Origin: an uncultured bacterium
Lineage (GTDB): Bacteria; Verrucomicrobiota; Lentisphaeria; Victivallales; UBA1829
DNA length: 64,000 bases
Assembly: GCA_902778895.1 (NCBI GenBank)
Contig: CACYZF010000010.1
Location: 71,785 to 135,784 of the forward strand
Direction: 5' to 3'
The position numbers were made by a program, and so were the translations under genes. The first letter of the stretch is position 1, and each line of letters opens with the position of its first letter. Below are positions 18,924 to 26,691 of this stretch, piece by piece. The notes below the pieces were generated by a model. The model was not told the origin of the DNA. It was given only the letters and a program-made list of their open reading frames with translations, and did not search any database.

Positions 18924-21626
18924 TTACAGCACGATCTCGAACTCGGAGACGGCCGGGCCGGGTTTCGCCGCGTCGCTCGGAGCGAACGTGACGCGGTAGA
19001 AAAGCCCCTCGAACTTGCCGTCCATGGGGATGACTTTCTCCTTGAAGGTCCCCTTGAACTCGCCGACCGGAGTCCAGGATTCCTGGTCCAGCGAGCAGTC
19101 CACCTTGAACGCGTATTCCGCTTCGGAGTTGAAGACGATGCGGATGCTCTTCGGCTTGATGATGCGCTCGGCGGAGACCGTCAGGAAGCACTTGTCGCCG
19201 GACGCGGCCTGATAGAACGTCTCGGGGCGGCCGTCGACGGCGCAGATGGCGGAGTGTCCGGGGACGGATTCCGAGGCGAGCGTGGGCTTGTCCAGCGCCA
19301 TGTTCAGCGGCTTGTCGATCGGTTTCGTGCCGATGAGTTCGCCCGTGAATTTGACGTACGGACGGCTCTCGATGACCGGGGTTTTGCCGGGGATGAATCC
19401 GAGACCGCGCGTGGAGGTGATCTCGACGCGGGAGGATTCGAGGCCGGGCGACGTCGCCTCGATGACGGTGGTCCCGCTGTAGTAGGAACGGAAGTCGATG
19501 GAGCACTTGCCGTCGCGGATGGCTATGTCGGAGTCGTTTCTGAACGTGATGGAGCGTCCTGTGGGGAATTCGCCGGGGCCGGAGACCACGCGGAGCGTCA
19601 CCTCCGGAGAATTGCTGAGTTCCTTCCCCTCGGCATTGACGATCGTGGCGATCAGCTGAACGTCGTCGGTGCCGTCGGCAAACATGGAGTTCTTGTCGGA
19701 GGTCAGGACGACCTTCGCCGGGGTCCCCTCGACCGGCCATTCCGGGTGTTTCACACCGCCGAACACCTCGCGGTAGTAGTACCAGCGGCGTTTGGGCAGG
19801 CGGAAATAGTCCATGACGCCCATCCAGCCGAATCGGCCGCCCATGCTGCCGTGGTCGATGCCGCACCAGATGACCTCGCCGCTGCGCCAGTCGTATTCCT
19901 TTTTTCCGGTGATGTGGCTGACGGATTCGTAGCCGGCGTCGAACTTGCCGGGCCGGACCTCCATGGCGGAGCCGACCGCGCCGTATTCGCTGACCACGTT
20001 CGGCAGGCCGGGGTTCTGGTATTCGCGGATATACTCGCCGTCGCCGTTGTACCCGGCGATGTCGCTGCAATGGTCCACCTGCCCGCGCTGCGCGCCGCCG
20101 ACCGCCGCCAGACGGGTCGGGTCTGCCTCATGCGCGATCTTCGTGAGACGGCGCAGGAAATCGCGCACTTTCGGCATCACGCGCCCGTCGGAGAAGAAAA
20201 CCTCGTTGCAGAGGCTCCAGCACACGATGGACGGGTGGTTGCGGTTGATGCGGATCATGTCGCGCAGGCTGCGGATCACGGATTCCTCGAACGGGATCTG
20301 GTCGGCCTCCTCCACGGGATACGCGCTCGCGCCGCCCCAGATCGTCGGGCCGCCCATGCCGGTCGTGCCCCAGAAGCAGTTTTCGCTCCAGAACATCATG
20401 CCGATGCGGTCGCAGGCGTCCGCGAATGCCGGATGGTGCGGATAGTGGCAGCCGCGGATGAAATCGAATCCGGCCTCCTTCATGTAGCGCACATCGCGCT
20501 CGAATCCGGCGTGGCTGACGGCGTCGCCCCAGCCTGCGCGGTCCTGATGCACGTTCGCACCGTGGAAATACCGGTTCTTTCCGTTGAGGAAGAAACCCTT
20601 GTCGGCAGTCCATTTGACCGTGCGGAATCCGAAGTTATCGGAGTAACGGTCGTAGAAGAGCGAGGTCTTCGCGTCGACCACGGTGGTCTCGGCGCGGTAC
20701 AGGTTCGGCGTCTCGGGCGACCACCATTTGGCGTCCTTCACCTGCGGCGTGACGATCTCGACCTCCATGAGGGCATTCGGTGTCAGCGCAATGCCGTTTT
20801 TCGACGCCTGCGCCACGAGGTTGCCCTCCGGGTCATAGATGCTGGTCGCCACGTTGATCGTGCGCGCCTCGCCGGACTGGTTGCGGATTTCGCTGACCAC
20901 ACAGACGGACGTGTCGCCCTCTTCGAGTTTCGGCGTGGTAATCGCCATGCCATACCACGCCACATGGACGTCCCGCTTCACGACGAGCGAGACGTCTCGG
21001 TAGATGCCGCCGGAGAACGTGTGTTCGCCCGCGCGCGGAGCCAGGCGCGGATTCCAGTTGTTGTTCACGCGCACGGCGATGATGTTATCGCCGTTGACCA
21101 TCTGATCGGTAAAGTCGACCTCGAATCCGGTATAGCCGCCCTCGTGATGCCCGGCGAGCTTGCCGTTCACATACACGTCCGCGACCTGAAAGACGCCTTT
21201 GAAGTCCAGATAATACCGGTATTTCTTGTCCTCCTCGGCAACGACCTGTCCGTCTTTGATGACGAAATCCACGTTCGAGATATGGATTTTCTTCCGATAC
21301 CAGCCGTCGCCGGTATAGAAACGGTCAGAGAGAAAATACGGCAGACTGAACGAGTGCGGGATATGGGCGAGCTCCCACTTGCTGTCGTCGAGGTCGACCG
21401 CCTGTCCGTTCTCGACTGAGCCGAGCTTGAATTTCCATTCCGCGTTGAGGTTGGAAACCACCCGGCCGGAAAGCGGCGGCTTCTTGCCGGCCGCAACAAA
21501 AGGCAGATCCGCACCGACGGCCTGCGCGTTCGCCTGAGCGGCGCCGAGGATCATGATTCCGGCGCAGAGGACCGCACCGATGCAATGACGATGAAACAGT
21601 TTCATTTGATAAATCCTTTTCAGCAT
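18924..21626 (-). CDS. secreted glycoside hydrolase family 2 with C-terminal discoidin-like (F5/8 type C) domain
   Basis: Signal peptide (ILGAAQANA). WKFKLG...DDSKWELAHIPHSF, GGIYRDVSL, GANVHQDRAGWG, NFIRGCHYPHHP, NRNHPSIVCWSLCNE; the last ~140 aa look like a galactose-binding-like domain. Confidence 0.85.
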   Translation of the reverse strand: MLKRIYQMKLFHRHCIGAVLCAGIMILGAAQANAQAVGADLPFVAAGKKPPLSGRVVSNLNAEWKFKLGSVENGQAVDLDDSKWELAHIPHSFSLPYFLSDRFYTGDGWYRKKIHISNVDFVIKDGQVVAEEDKKYRYYLDFKGVFQVADVYVNGKLAGHHEGGYTGFEVDFTDQMVNGDNIIAVRVNNNWNPRLAPRAGEHTFSGGIYRDVSLVVKRDVHVAWYGMAITTPKLEEGDTSVCVVSEIRNQSGEARTINVATSIYDPEGNLVAQASKNGIALTPNALMEVEIVTPQVKDAKWWSPETPNLYRAETTVVDAKTSLFYDRYSDNFGFRTVKWTADKGFFLNGKNRYFHGANVHQDRAGWGDAVSHAGFERDVRYMKEAGFDFIRGCHYPHHPAFADACDRIGMMFWSENCFWGTTGMGGPTIWGGASAYPVEEADQIPFEESVIRSLRDMIRINRNHPSIVCWSLCNEVFFSDGRVMPKVRDFLRRLTKIAHEADPTRLAAVGGAQRGQVDHCSDIAGYNGDGEYIREYQNPGLPNVVSEYGAVGSAMEVRPGKFDAGYESVSHITGKKEYDWRSGEVIWCGIDHGSMGGRFGWMGVMDYFRLPKRRWYYYREVFGGVKHPEWPVEGTPAKVVLTSDKNSMFADGTDDVQLIATIVNAEGKELSNSPEVTLRVVSGPGEFPTGRSITFRNDSDIAIRDGKCSIDFRSYYSGTTVIEATSPGLESSRVEITSTRGLGFIPGKTPVIESRPYVKFTGELIGTKPIDKPLNMALDKPTLASESVPGHSAICAVDGRPETFYQAASGDKCFLTVSAERIIKPKSIRIVFNSEAEYAFKVDCSLDQESWTPVGEFKGTFKEKVIPMDGKFEGLFYRVTFAPSDAAKPGPAVSEFEIVL

Positions 21627-21683
21627 TCTCCGGTCGGCCTCAAGCGCCTCCCGGAACCGTTATTGTTCATGTGTTCGCATGAT

Positions 21684-21712
21684 ACAATACTTGACCGACA
21701 GCAGAAAAGCAA
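21684..21712 (-). promoter_or_regulatory. sigma70-type promoter for the GH2 gene at 18924-21626
   Basis: Minus strand reads TTGCTT-N17-TATTGT, ~55 nt upstream of the ATG at 21626. Confidence 0.45.
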
Positions 21713-21795
21713 ATATCTTTCCCTCGCTTTTCAGGTAAAAACGGCCAATTTCACGCCCTTTTTCACATCCAGGACGTTAATCATAACGTTTGCGG

Positions 21796-22021
21796 AAATA
21801 AAAAAAGGCATAAGCGGAACGGTCCCGTGCCATGCATTCCCCCCTTTACCCGCCATCACCGGAGAACCGTTTCCCCCCGAAAACGGTCATCCGGCCCCCT
21901 TGACGGCGGATTTCAACGCATGGCAAAGCGCGGATCGTTCATCCTGTCCCGGGATTCCCCCGATTCCGTGATTCCCGGGCCAGGACCGCTTATGCCGGAG
22001 AAGAGGATCGCTCCCCCTCAC
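21796..22021 (-). ncRNA. candidate structured small RNA, family not recognised
   Basis: Predicted promoter at 22028-22056. 11-bp closing helix (21986-21996 with 21807-21817) followed by UUUUUUUAUUU. A 96-nt irregular hairpin (21829-21924) with 7+11+5+7 bp. Further hairpins at ~21943-21974 and ~21997-22017. Several G.U pairs exist only in the minus-strand reading. No credible ORF. Confidence 0.45.
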
Positions 22022-22027
22022 GGTGTT

Positions 22028-22056
22028 ACTATACCATGCATCCCGGCGCGAAGCAA
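22028..22056 (-). promoter_or_regulatory. sigma70-type promoter (extended -10) for the candidate sRNA
   Basis: Minus strand reads TTGCTT-N17-TATAGT with TGg immediately upstream of the -10. Confidence 0.5.
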
Positions 22057-22077
22057 ACACGAAAACACCGCCGGATG

Positions 22078-22113
22078 AAAGAAAAAAGGTCCCCCGGCAT
22101 ACTTTTTCCGGGG
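22078..22113 (-). terminator. second (weaker) terminator downstream of the repeat-protein gene
   Basis: CCCCGG-10 nt-CCGGGG, a 4-nt spacer, then UUUUUUCUUU on the minus strand. Confidence 0.4.
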
Positions 22114-22161
22114 TGGTCAAGTTTGGTGTACAAGTTTCACCGCCGCCGGCGCATCCGCGGC

Positions 22162-22202
22162 AAAAAAGAAAAACCGCACCCGGAAACGGTCTCCGGATGC
22201 GG
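22162..22202 (-). terminator. rho-independent terminator of the repeat-protein gene
   Basis: Minus strand reads CCGCAUCCGGA-gaccguu-UCCGGGUGCGG (11 bp including one G.U), followed by UUUUUCUUUUUU. Confidence 0.8.
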
Positions 22203-22248
22203 CATGGTTCGTTTTTGAGTTCGCCCGGTCGGTTCGGGCGGGATCCGC

Positions 22249-23289
22249 TCATTTCGGCATGAGGAATCCCGGAACCGGGATCTGCTGGCCCTGATACATG
22301 TTCATGTACTGTGCGAAGAGCAGATAGGCGATGAAGCAGACGCAGATGAGCGTGAGGATGGAAAGCGTGAGGAAGAACCAGTTCGGTTCGTCGGCGGACG
22401 TGACCGGATCCTTCTGCTTTTTCACCTTCGGCAGTTTGCCTTTTTTCTTCTTGTCCTCGGGCACGGCTTCCGGCACGGGGGTCGGGGTCTCGACCGGAGC
22501 GGCGACCGGGGGCTGTTCCACCAGCGTCGCCTCGACATCCTTCTTCTCTTCCGGCTTCTGCGCCTGAGGCGGCATGTTCGGGATTTTCAGGCCGGGGATG
22601 ATGTTCTTCGGGAGTTCCTTCGGCTGGGACGGCTGGTTTTTCAGCTTCAGCGTGAGCTTGCGTTCCGGCGGAATCGGAGACTCGCCGACCTTCTTGATGG
22701 TCGGGGCGGAGGCGGGGGAAGCTTCCTGTTCGGGCTTCTTCAGCTGGACGGTCGGGGTCGAAGATTCCGGCTTCTTCAGCTGGATCGTCGAAGTCGAGGA
22801 TTCCGGCTTCTTCAGCTGGATCGTCGAACCGGACGAGGATTCCGGTTTCTTCAGCTGGACGGTCGGGGTCGAGGATTCCGGCTTCTTCAGCTGGATCGTG
22901 GCAGGGGAAGCGGCCGGAGCGGATTCCACCGGATTTGCGGTCGGAATGCCGGTCGGGGTTTCCGCGGCTTTCGGCACGATCTTGATCGCCGGTTTCACTT
23001 CGGTCGCCGGACCGGATTCGACCGTCGAGGGTGTCGGCGGACGGAGACGGATGGTCTGCTTGACGCCGGGGACGACCGAGGCGGGCGACGGTGTGATATG
23101 GATCGCGGGTTCCGCCTGTGCGGCGGCATCGGCCGTGGCATCAGCGGCGGCTCCGGCAGGCGCGGCGGCATCGGCCGCAGGCGTGGGCGGAGTCATCGGT
23201 TTGAGTTTGATCGTAGCGCGCGGACGAACGTCCTCGGGGGTGTTCATCGGGGTATCGGAAGTCGGATCTGCCATGGCTGTTTCCTTCAA
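22249..23289 (-). CDS. tail-anchored, Pro/Ser/Thr/Ala-rich disordered repeat protein (unknown function)
   Basis: No signal peptide. ~300 aa of low complexity with ~10 degenerate xIxLKxP motifs, including 5 tandem QLKKPESSxxTx units. A polybasic stretch KKKKGKLPKVKKQK, then a single C-terminal TM (WFFLTLSILTLICVCFIAYLLF). Own promoter and terminator. Confidence 0.7.
   Translation of the reverse strand: MKETAMADPTSDTPMNTPEDVRPRATIKLKPMTPPTPAADAAAPAGAAADATADAAAQAEPAIHITPSPASVVPGVKQTIRLRPPTPSTVESGPATEVKPAIKIVPKAAETPTGIPTANPVESAPAASPATIQLKKPESSTPTVQLKKPESSSGSTIQLKKPESSTSTIQLKKPESSTPTVQLKKPEQEASPASAPTIKKVGESPIPPERKLTLKLKNQPSQPKELPKNIIPGLKIPNMPPQAQKPEEKKDVEATLVEQPPVAAPVETPTPVPEAVPEDKKKKGKLPKVKKQKDPVTSADEPNWFFLTLSILTLICVCFIAYLLFAQYMNMYQGQQIPVPGFLMPK
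22735..22900 (-). repeat. in-frame 36/39-nt tandem repeat (~4.6 copies) encoding QLKKPESS(T/S)xT(V/I)
   Basis: cttcttcagctgg recurs at 22735, 22771, 22807, 22846 (one mismatch) and 22882, giving periods of 36, 36, 39 and 36 nt. Confidence 0.9.
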
Positions 23290-23321
23290 AGGTGGTTCAA
23301 AACTACATACTCATAGAGGGA

Positions 23322-23349
23322 AATATATCACGCTATCGCGGAAAGACAA
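23322..23349 (-). promoter_or_regulatory. sigma70-type promoter for the repeat-protein gene
   Basis: Minus strand reads TTGTCT-N16-TATATT; SD gaAGGAAac lies before the ATG at 23289. Confidence 0.45.
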
Positions 23350-23428
23350 GTTTTTTTTCTCATTTTTACCGAAAAAAACCGTAAAAATCTAAAACGACGG
23401 CAATCTTCCACCCGAACGGCACGGATCG

Positions 23429-24841
23429 TCAGACCGCGTCGGGCGCGGCGTGTCCGGCTCCGTCAGGGGCCGCTTTGGGCTTTTCGATGCGGACACGGGT
23501 GATGCGGCGGCCTTCCAGCGCCTGCACCGTAAAACGCAGCCCGCCAATCTCCGCGACGTCGCCCGCTTTCGGGATGTCGTCCAGCTCCGCCATCAGCAGT
23601 CCGCCCACAGTGTCCGGGCGTTCGTCCTCCGGCAGTTTGCAGGCCAGATCGCGTTCGACCTCGGCGAGGCGGACGAGCCCGCCGGATTCCCAGATGGTTT
23701 CGGACACGCGGATCAGCGATTCCTCCGGTTTCCGGGGATGAAGCGAACCGACGAGTTCCTCCAGCAAGTCATCGCGCGTGACCACGCCCGCCGTGCCGCC
23801 GAATTCGTCCAGCACGACCGCGATCTCGAACTGTTCCCGCTGCATGTCGTGCAGCACCTGCTGGACGCTCGCGCCCTCCGGCACGAAATGAGGCTTCCGC
23901 ATGACGGCGACCGGCAGCGGCGGCTGTCCGTTTTTGAGCTTGCTCCGGTAGTAATCCATCGCATAAAGGACGCCGATGACCCGGTCGATATTGCCCCGGT
24001 AGACTGGAAACGCGGAGAACTCCTTTTCCGTCAGCAGGCGTTCGATTTCCTCCGTCTGCGCGCCGGCCTCGATGGCGCAGACCGCGCCGCGGCGCGTCAT
24101 GATCTCGCCGCAGGTGATGTCGTCCAGCTCGAAAACGTTCTGGATGATGCGGCGTTCGTCGGCGTCGATGAGCCCGTCCTTCTCGCCCATGTTGATGAGC
24201 GAACGGATCTCCTCCTCCGTGACCTTGTCGGTGTTTTCCGCGGACCCGAACGGCATCATGACGAGCTTGACCGAGTTATTCAGCAGCCACACCAGCGGCG
24301 AAGTGGCCCGCGCAAGCCAGTGGATCGGGATCGCCGAGTTCAGCGCGACAAACGACGTATAGCGCAATGCGATCTGCTTCGGCACGAGCTCGCCGAAGAC
24401 CAGCGAGAAAAATGCCAGGATCATCGTGATGATCACCACGGATATATGGTCGATCGTCATCTCGGACAATCCGGTGAAGCCGACGTCGTGATACACCCAG
24501 TGCGCCAGCAGGTCGGAAAACGTGTCGGCGGCGAATGCGCTGGCGAGAAATCCGGCAAGCGTCACACCGACCTGGACCGTCGCCAGAAAACGTCCCGTAT
24601 CGGCGGCAAGAGAACTGAGAATCAGGCCGCGTTTCCCCTCTTTCGAAAGCTGTTCCAGCGTGACGGGTTTCAGTGTGATCAAAGCGGCCTCGGCGGCCGA
24701 GAAAAAAGCGTTGCAGAGGATCAGGGCAACAAGAAAAATGAGGTGCAGTATCAAAGCGGGATCCGGGGTTTCCGTTTTCAGTTCAGGGGGCGTCCCGTAT
24801 GGGACAGAATAATAAAATACAGGAAAATGGCGGAAAGTCAA
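23429..24841 (-). CDS. CNNM/CorC-TlyC family transporter (DUF21 + CBS pair + CorC_HlyC)
   Basis: DUF21 TM region (NAFFSAAEAAL), a CBS pair, and a C-terminal CorC/HlyC domain (GGLLMAELDDIPKAGD...RITRVRI). The ORF-track start (TTG at 24841) coincides with a TTGACT -35 box, so the true start is probably the in-frame TTG at 24754 (MILHLIFLV...). The 5' end is therefore uncertain. Confidence 0.8.
   Translation of the reverse strand: MTFRHFPVFYYSVPYGTPPELKTETPDPALILHLIFLVALILCNAFFSAAEAALITLKPVTLEQLSKEGKRGLILSSLAADTGRFLATVQVGVTLAGFLASAFAADTFSDLLAHWVYHDVGFTGLSEMTIDHISVVIITMILAFFSLVFGELVPKQIALRYTSFVALNSAIPIHWLARATSPLVWLLNNSVKLVMMPFGSAENTDKVTEEEIRSLINMGEKDGLIDADERRIIQNVFELDDITCGEIMTRRGAVCAIEAGAQTEEIERLLTEKEFSAFPVYRGNIDRVIGVLYAMDYYRSKLKNGQPPLPVAVMRKPHFVPEGASVQQVLHDMQREQFEIAVVLDEFGGTAGVVTRDDLLEELVGSLHPRKPEESLIRVSETIWESGGLVRLAEVERDLACKLPEDERPDTVGGLLMAELDDIPKAGDVAEIGGLRFTVQALEGRRITRVRIEKPKAAPDGAGHAAPDAV
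24814..24841 (-). promoter_or_regulatory. sigma70-type promoter for the CNNM/CorC gene
   Basis: Minus strand reads TTGACT-N16-TATTTT, back to back with the divergent promoter at 24851. Confidence 0.4.
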
Positions 24842-24850
24842 GTTTTTTTC

Positions 24851-24878
24851 TTGACTTTTCGGAAAAATGGCTTATTGT
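24851..24878 (+). promoter_or_regulatory. sigma70-type promoter for the secreted-protein/ABC importer cluster
   Basis: TTGACT-N16-TATTGT. Confidence 0.4.
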
Positions 24879-24981
24879 TCTATGATTTTATTTGCGGCTT
24901 CACAAACTTCAAAGAGCAAAATGAAGTTCCGCCCCGCCTTTTCAGCACATTCAACAGACATTTGCAATAAAGGAAACGCCC

Positions 24982-25560
24982 ATGAAACACACGAAACACC
25001 GTCTGGCCGCGATTCTGCTCGGCATCGGCATGCTTTTCAGCGCCTCGGCGTCCGTTCACGCGCAGTCGCAGTGGATGGACAAGGTCACGCTCTATTTCCC
25101 GAACCGCGTCCTGGACCTCCTCGATGCGTTCTCCCTTAACATCGGCGTCGGCCTCACTGCGCACGCCAGTCTCCGCGCCACGCACGCGGCCGAGATCGGC
25201 GGCGGCTTCTCCGCCACGGCGCAGATGATCAAGGACTACAACCGCCAGTACGGATTCGCCCGCAGAAACGGCGTCTACAGCGGCATCGGACCGATCGTCG
25301 CCACGAACATGGAGCGCCGCCCGGCGTTCCTCCTCGCGAAGGAATACTGGTGGGACCAGGACGGGCTCGTGACGCCCTCCGATGACATCTTCCTGCCGAA
25401 TGAAGGCGCGGTCGACTTCTGGGAAATCGGCGGCTCGCTCGGACTCGCCGTGATCGAGGCTGACGTGTCGATCCACCCGGTCGAAATTCTGGACGCCGTG
25501 CTCGGCTTCTTCTTCATCGACATCACCGACGACGACCTCACGTTCGAAAACTTCCGCTAA
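24982..25560 (+). CDS. secreted protein of unknown function
   Basis: Clear signal peptide (LLGIGMLFSASASVHA/QS). No recognisable family motif. Sits 13 nt upstream of the ABC ATPase gene. Confidence 0.6.
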   Translation: MKHTKHRLAAILLGIGMLFSASASVHAQSQWMDKVTLYFPNRVLDLLDAFSLNIGVGLTAHASLRATHAAEIGGGFSATAQMIKDYNRQYGFARRNGVYSGIGPIVATNMERRPAFLLAKEYWWDQDGLVTPSDDIFLPNEGAVDFWEIGGSLGLAVIEADVSIHPVEILDAVLGFFFIDITDDDLTFENFR

Positions 25561-25573
25561 GCCGGGCACGATC

Positions 25574-26674
25574 ATGGCAATGCTTGAAATCCGCGGCGTC
25601 TCCAAGGCCTACGGCAGGACGCCCGTCCTACGCGGCGTCGACCTCTCCGTCGAACCCGGCGAGCTCATGTTCCTGCTCGGCCCTTCCGGCTGCGGCAAAT
25701 CCACGCTCCTGCGCATCGTCGCGGGGCTGATCCGGCAGGACGCCGGTTCCGTCGTCCTCGGCGGACGCGACATCTCCGCCCTGCCCCCGGAATCCCGCAA
25801 CACCCCGATGGTGTTCCAGAACTACGCGCTCTGGCCGCACCTGAACGTCGCCGAAAACATCGAATTCGGACTTAAAATCAAAAAACTCCCGCGCGAGGAG
25901 ATCAGGAAGACCGTCGACGAGATGCTCGGCGTCGTCGGAATGACGGAATTCAAGAAACGCAAGGTCAACGAACTTTCCGGCGGCCAGCAGCAGCGCGTCG
26001 CGCTCGCACGCGCCCTCGCCCTCAACGGCGACATTCTCCTGCTCGACGAGCCGCTTTCCAACCTCGACGCCCGTCTCCGCGACCTCATGCGAACCGAGAT
26101 CCGGCGCATCTGCAAGGAACGCAATCTCACCGCGCTCTACGTCACGCACGACCGTCGCGAAGCCCTCAGCGTGGGCGACCGCATCGCCGTCATGAAGGAC
26201 GGCGTGGTCCTCCAGCTTGATTCTCCGCGCGCACTCTACTCGCGCCCGGCAAACAAGTTCACAGCGGCGTTCCTCGGCGACGCCGACTTCCCGGAGGCGA
26301 AGTGCCTGCGCATCGAAAACGGCGTCGCCGTCTTCGGCACACAGCTGGGCGAACTCCGCGTCCGCCTGGATGGGCAGCCTGTCCGCCCCGCGCAAAACGA
26401 CATCTGCACGCTCATGATCCGTCCCGAAGCGGTCCGCACCGATGTCGATCCCGCGTCCGTCAACTCGTTCCCGTGCGTCGTCCGCGACAGCGTCTTCCTC
26501 GGCGAAACGACCGGGCTCACGATGGACGCTTCCGGCTTCACGCTCCACGCGAGCGAATCCGCCGCGCCCGAACGCCGTCCCGGAGACACGATCACGTGCT
26601 CCGTCCCGCCGGACGCGGTCGCCATTCTCCCGCCTGACCTCCACGATGTCAACGTGGAGCAAACCGCCCGCTGA
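25574..26674 (+). CDS. ABC importer ATP-binding protein (FbpC/PotA-like, with C-terminal TOBE-like domain)
   Basis: Walker A GPSGCGKST, Q-loop, LSGGQQQRVALARAL, Walker B ILLLDEP, H-loop YVTHD. Confidence 0.9.
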   Translation: MAMLEIRGVSKAYGRTPVLRGVDLSVEPGELMFLLGPSGCGKSTLLRIVAGLIRQDAGSVVLGGRDISALPPESRNTPMVFQNYALWPHLNVAENIEFGLKIKKLPREEIRKTVDEMLGVVGMTEFKKRKVNELSGGQQQRVALARALALNGDILLLDEPLSNLDARLRDLMRTEIRRICKERNLTALYVTHDRREALSVGDRIAVMKDGVVLQLDSPRALYSRPANKFTAAFLGDADFPEAKCLRIENGVAVFGTQLGELRVRLDGQPVRPAQNDICTLMIRPEAVRTDVDPASVNSFPCVVRDSVFLGETTGLTMDASGFTLHASESAAPERRPGDTITCSVPPDAVAILPPDLHDVNVEQTAR

Positions 26675-26691
26675 CGCCGGAGCAAACCGCC

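Noticed and set aside
17028-21419. 1463-aa ORF on the plus strand across hydF, the MFS gene and the antisense of the second GH2
   Set aside because: Same reasoning: Arg/Pro/His-rich nonsense composition, and it overlaps three well-supported genes in other frames or on the other strand.
21796-22021. Assigning the structured RNA to a known class (6S, SRP, c-di-AMP ydaO, c-di-GMP, CsrB-like sponge, or a riboswitch for the downstream GH2)
   Set aside because: None of the conserved consensus strings I remember is present. The junction is too asymmetric for a typical 6S fold. The GH2 gene has its own promoter downstream of the U-tract. Two GGAUGA motifs are too few to call a CsrA sponge. I left it as family unknown.
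21887-22262. Small ORFs in the 620-bp gap: 21887-22252 (minus), 22023-22262 (plus), 22036-22218 (plus), 21827-22078 (plus)
   Set aside because: No SD or start context, Cys/Arg/Gly/Pro-rich unnatural composition, and they overlap the terminator hairpins and the structured-RNA candidate.
22735-22900. Possible CRISPR-like or non-coding repeat array (also 59957-60055)
   Set aside because: Both are in-frame tandem repeats inside well-supported CDSs, with no spacers, no leader and no cas genes.
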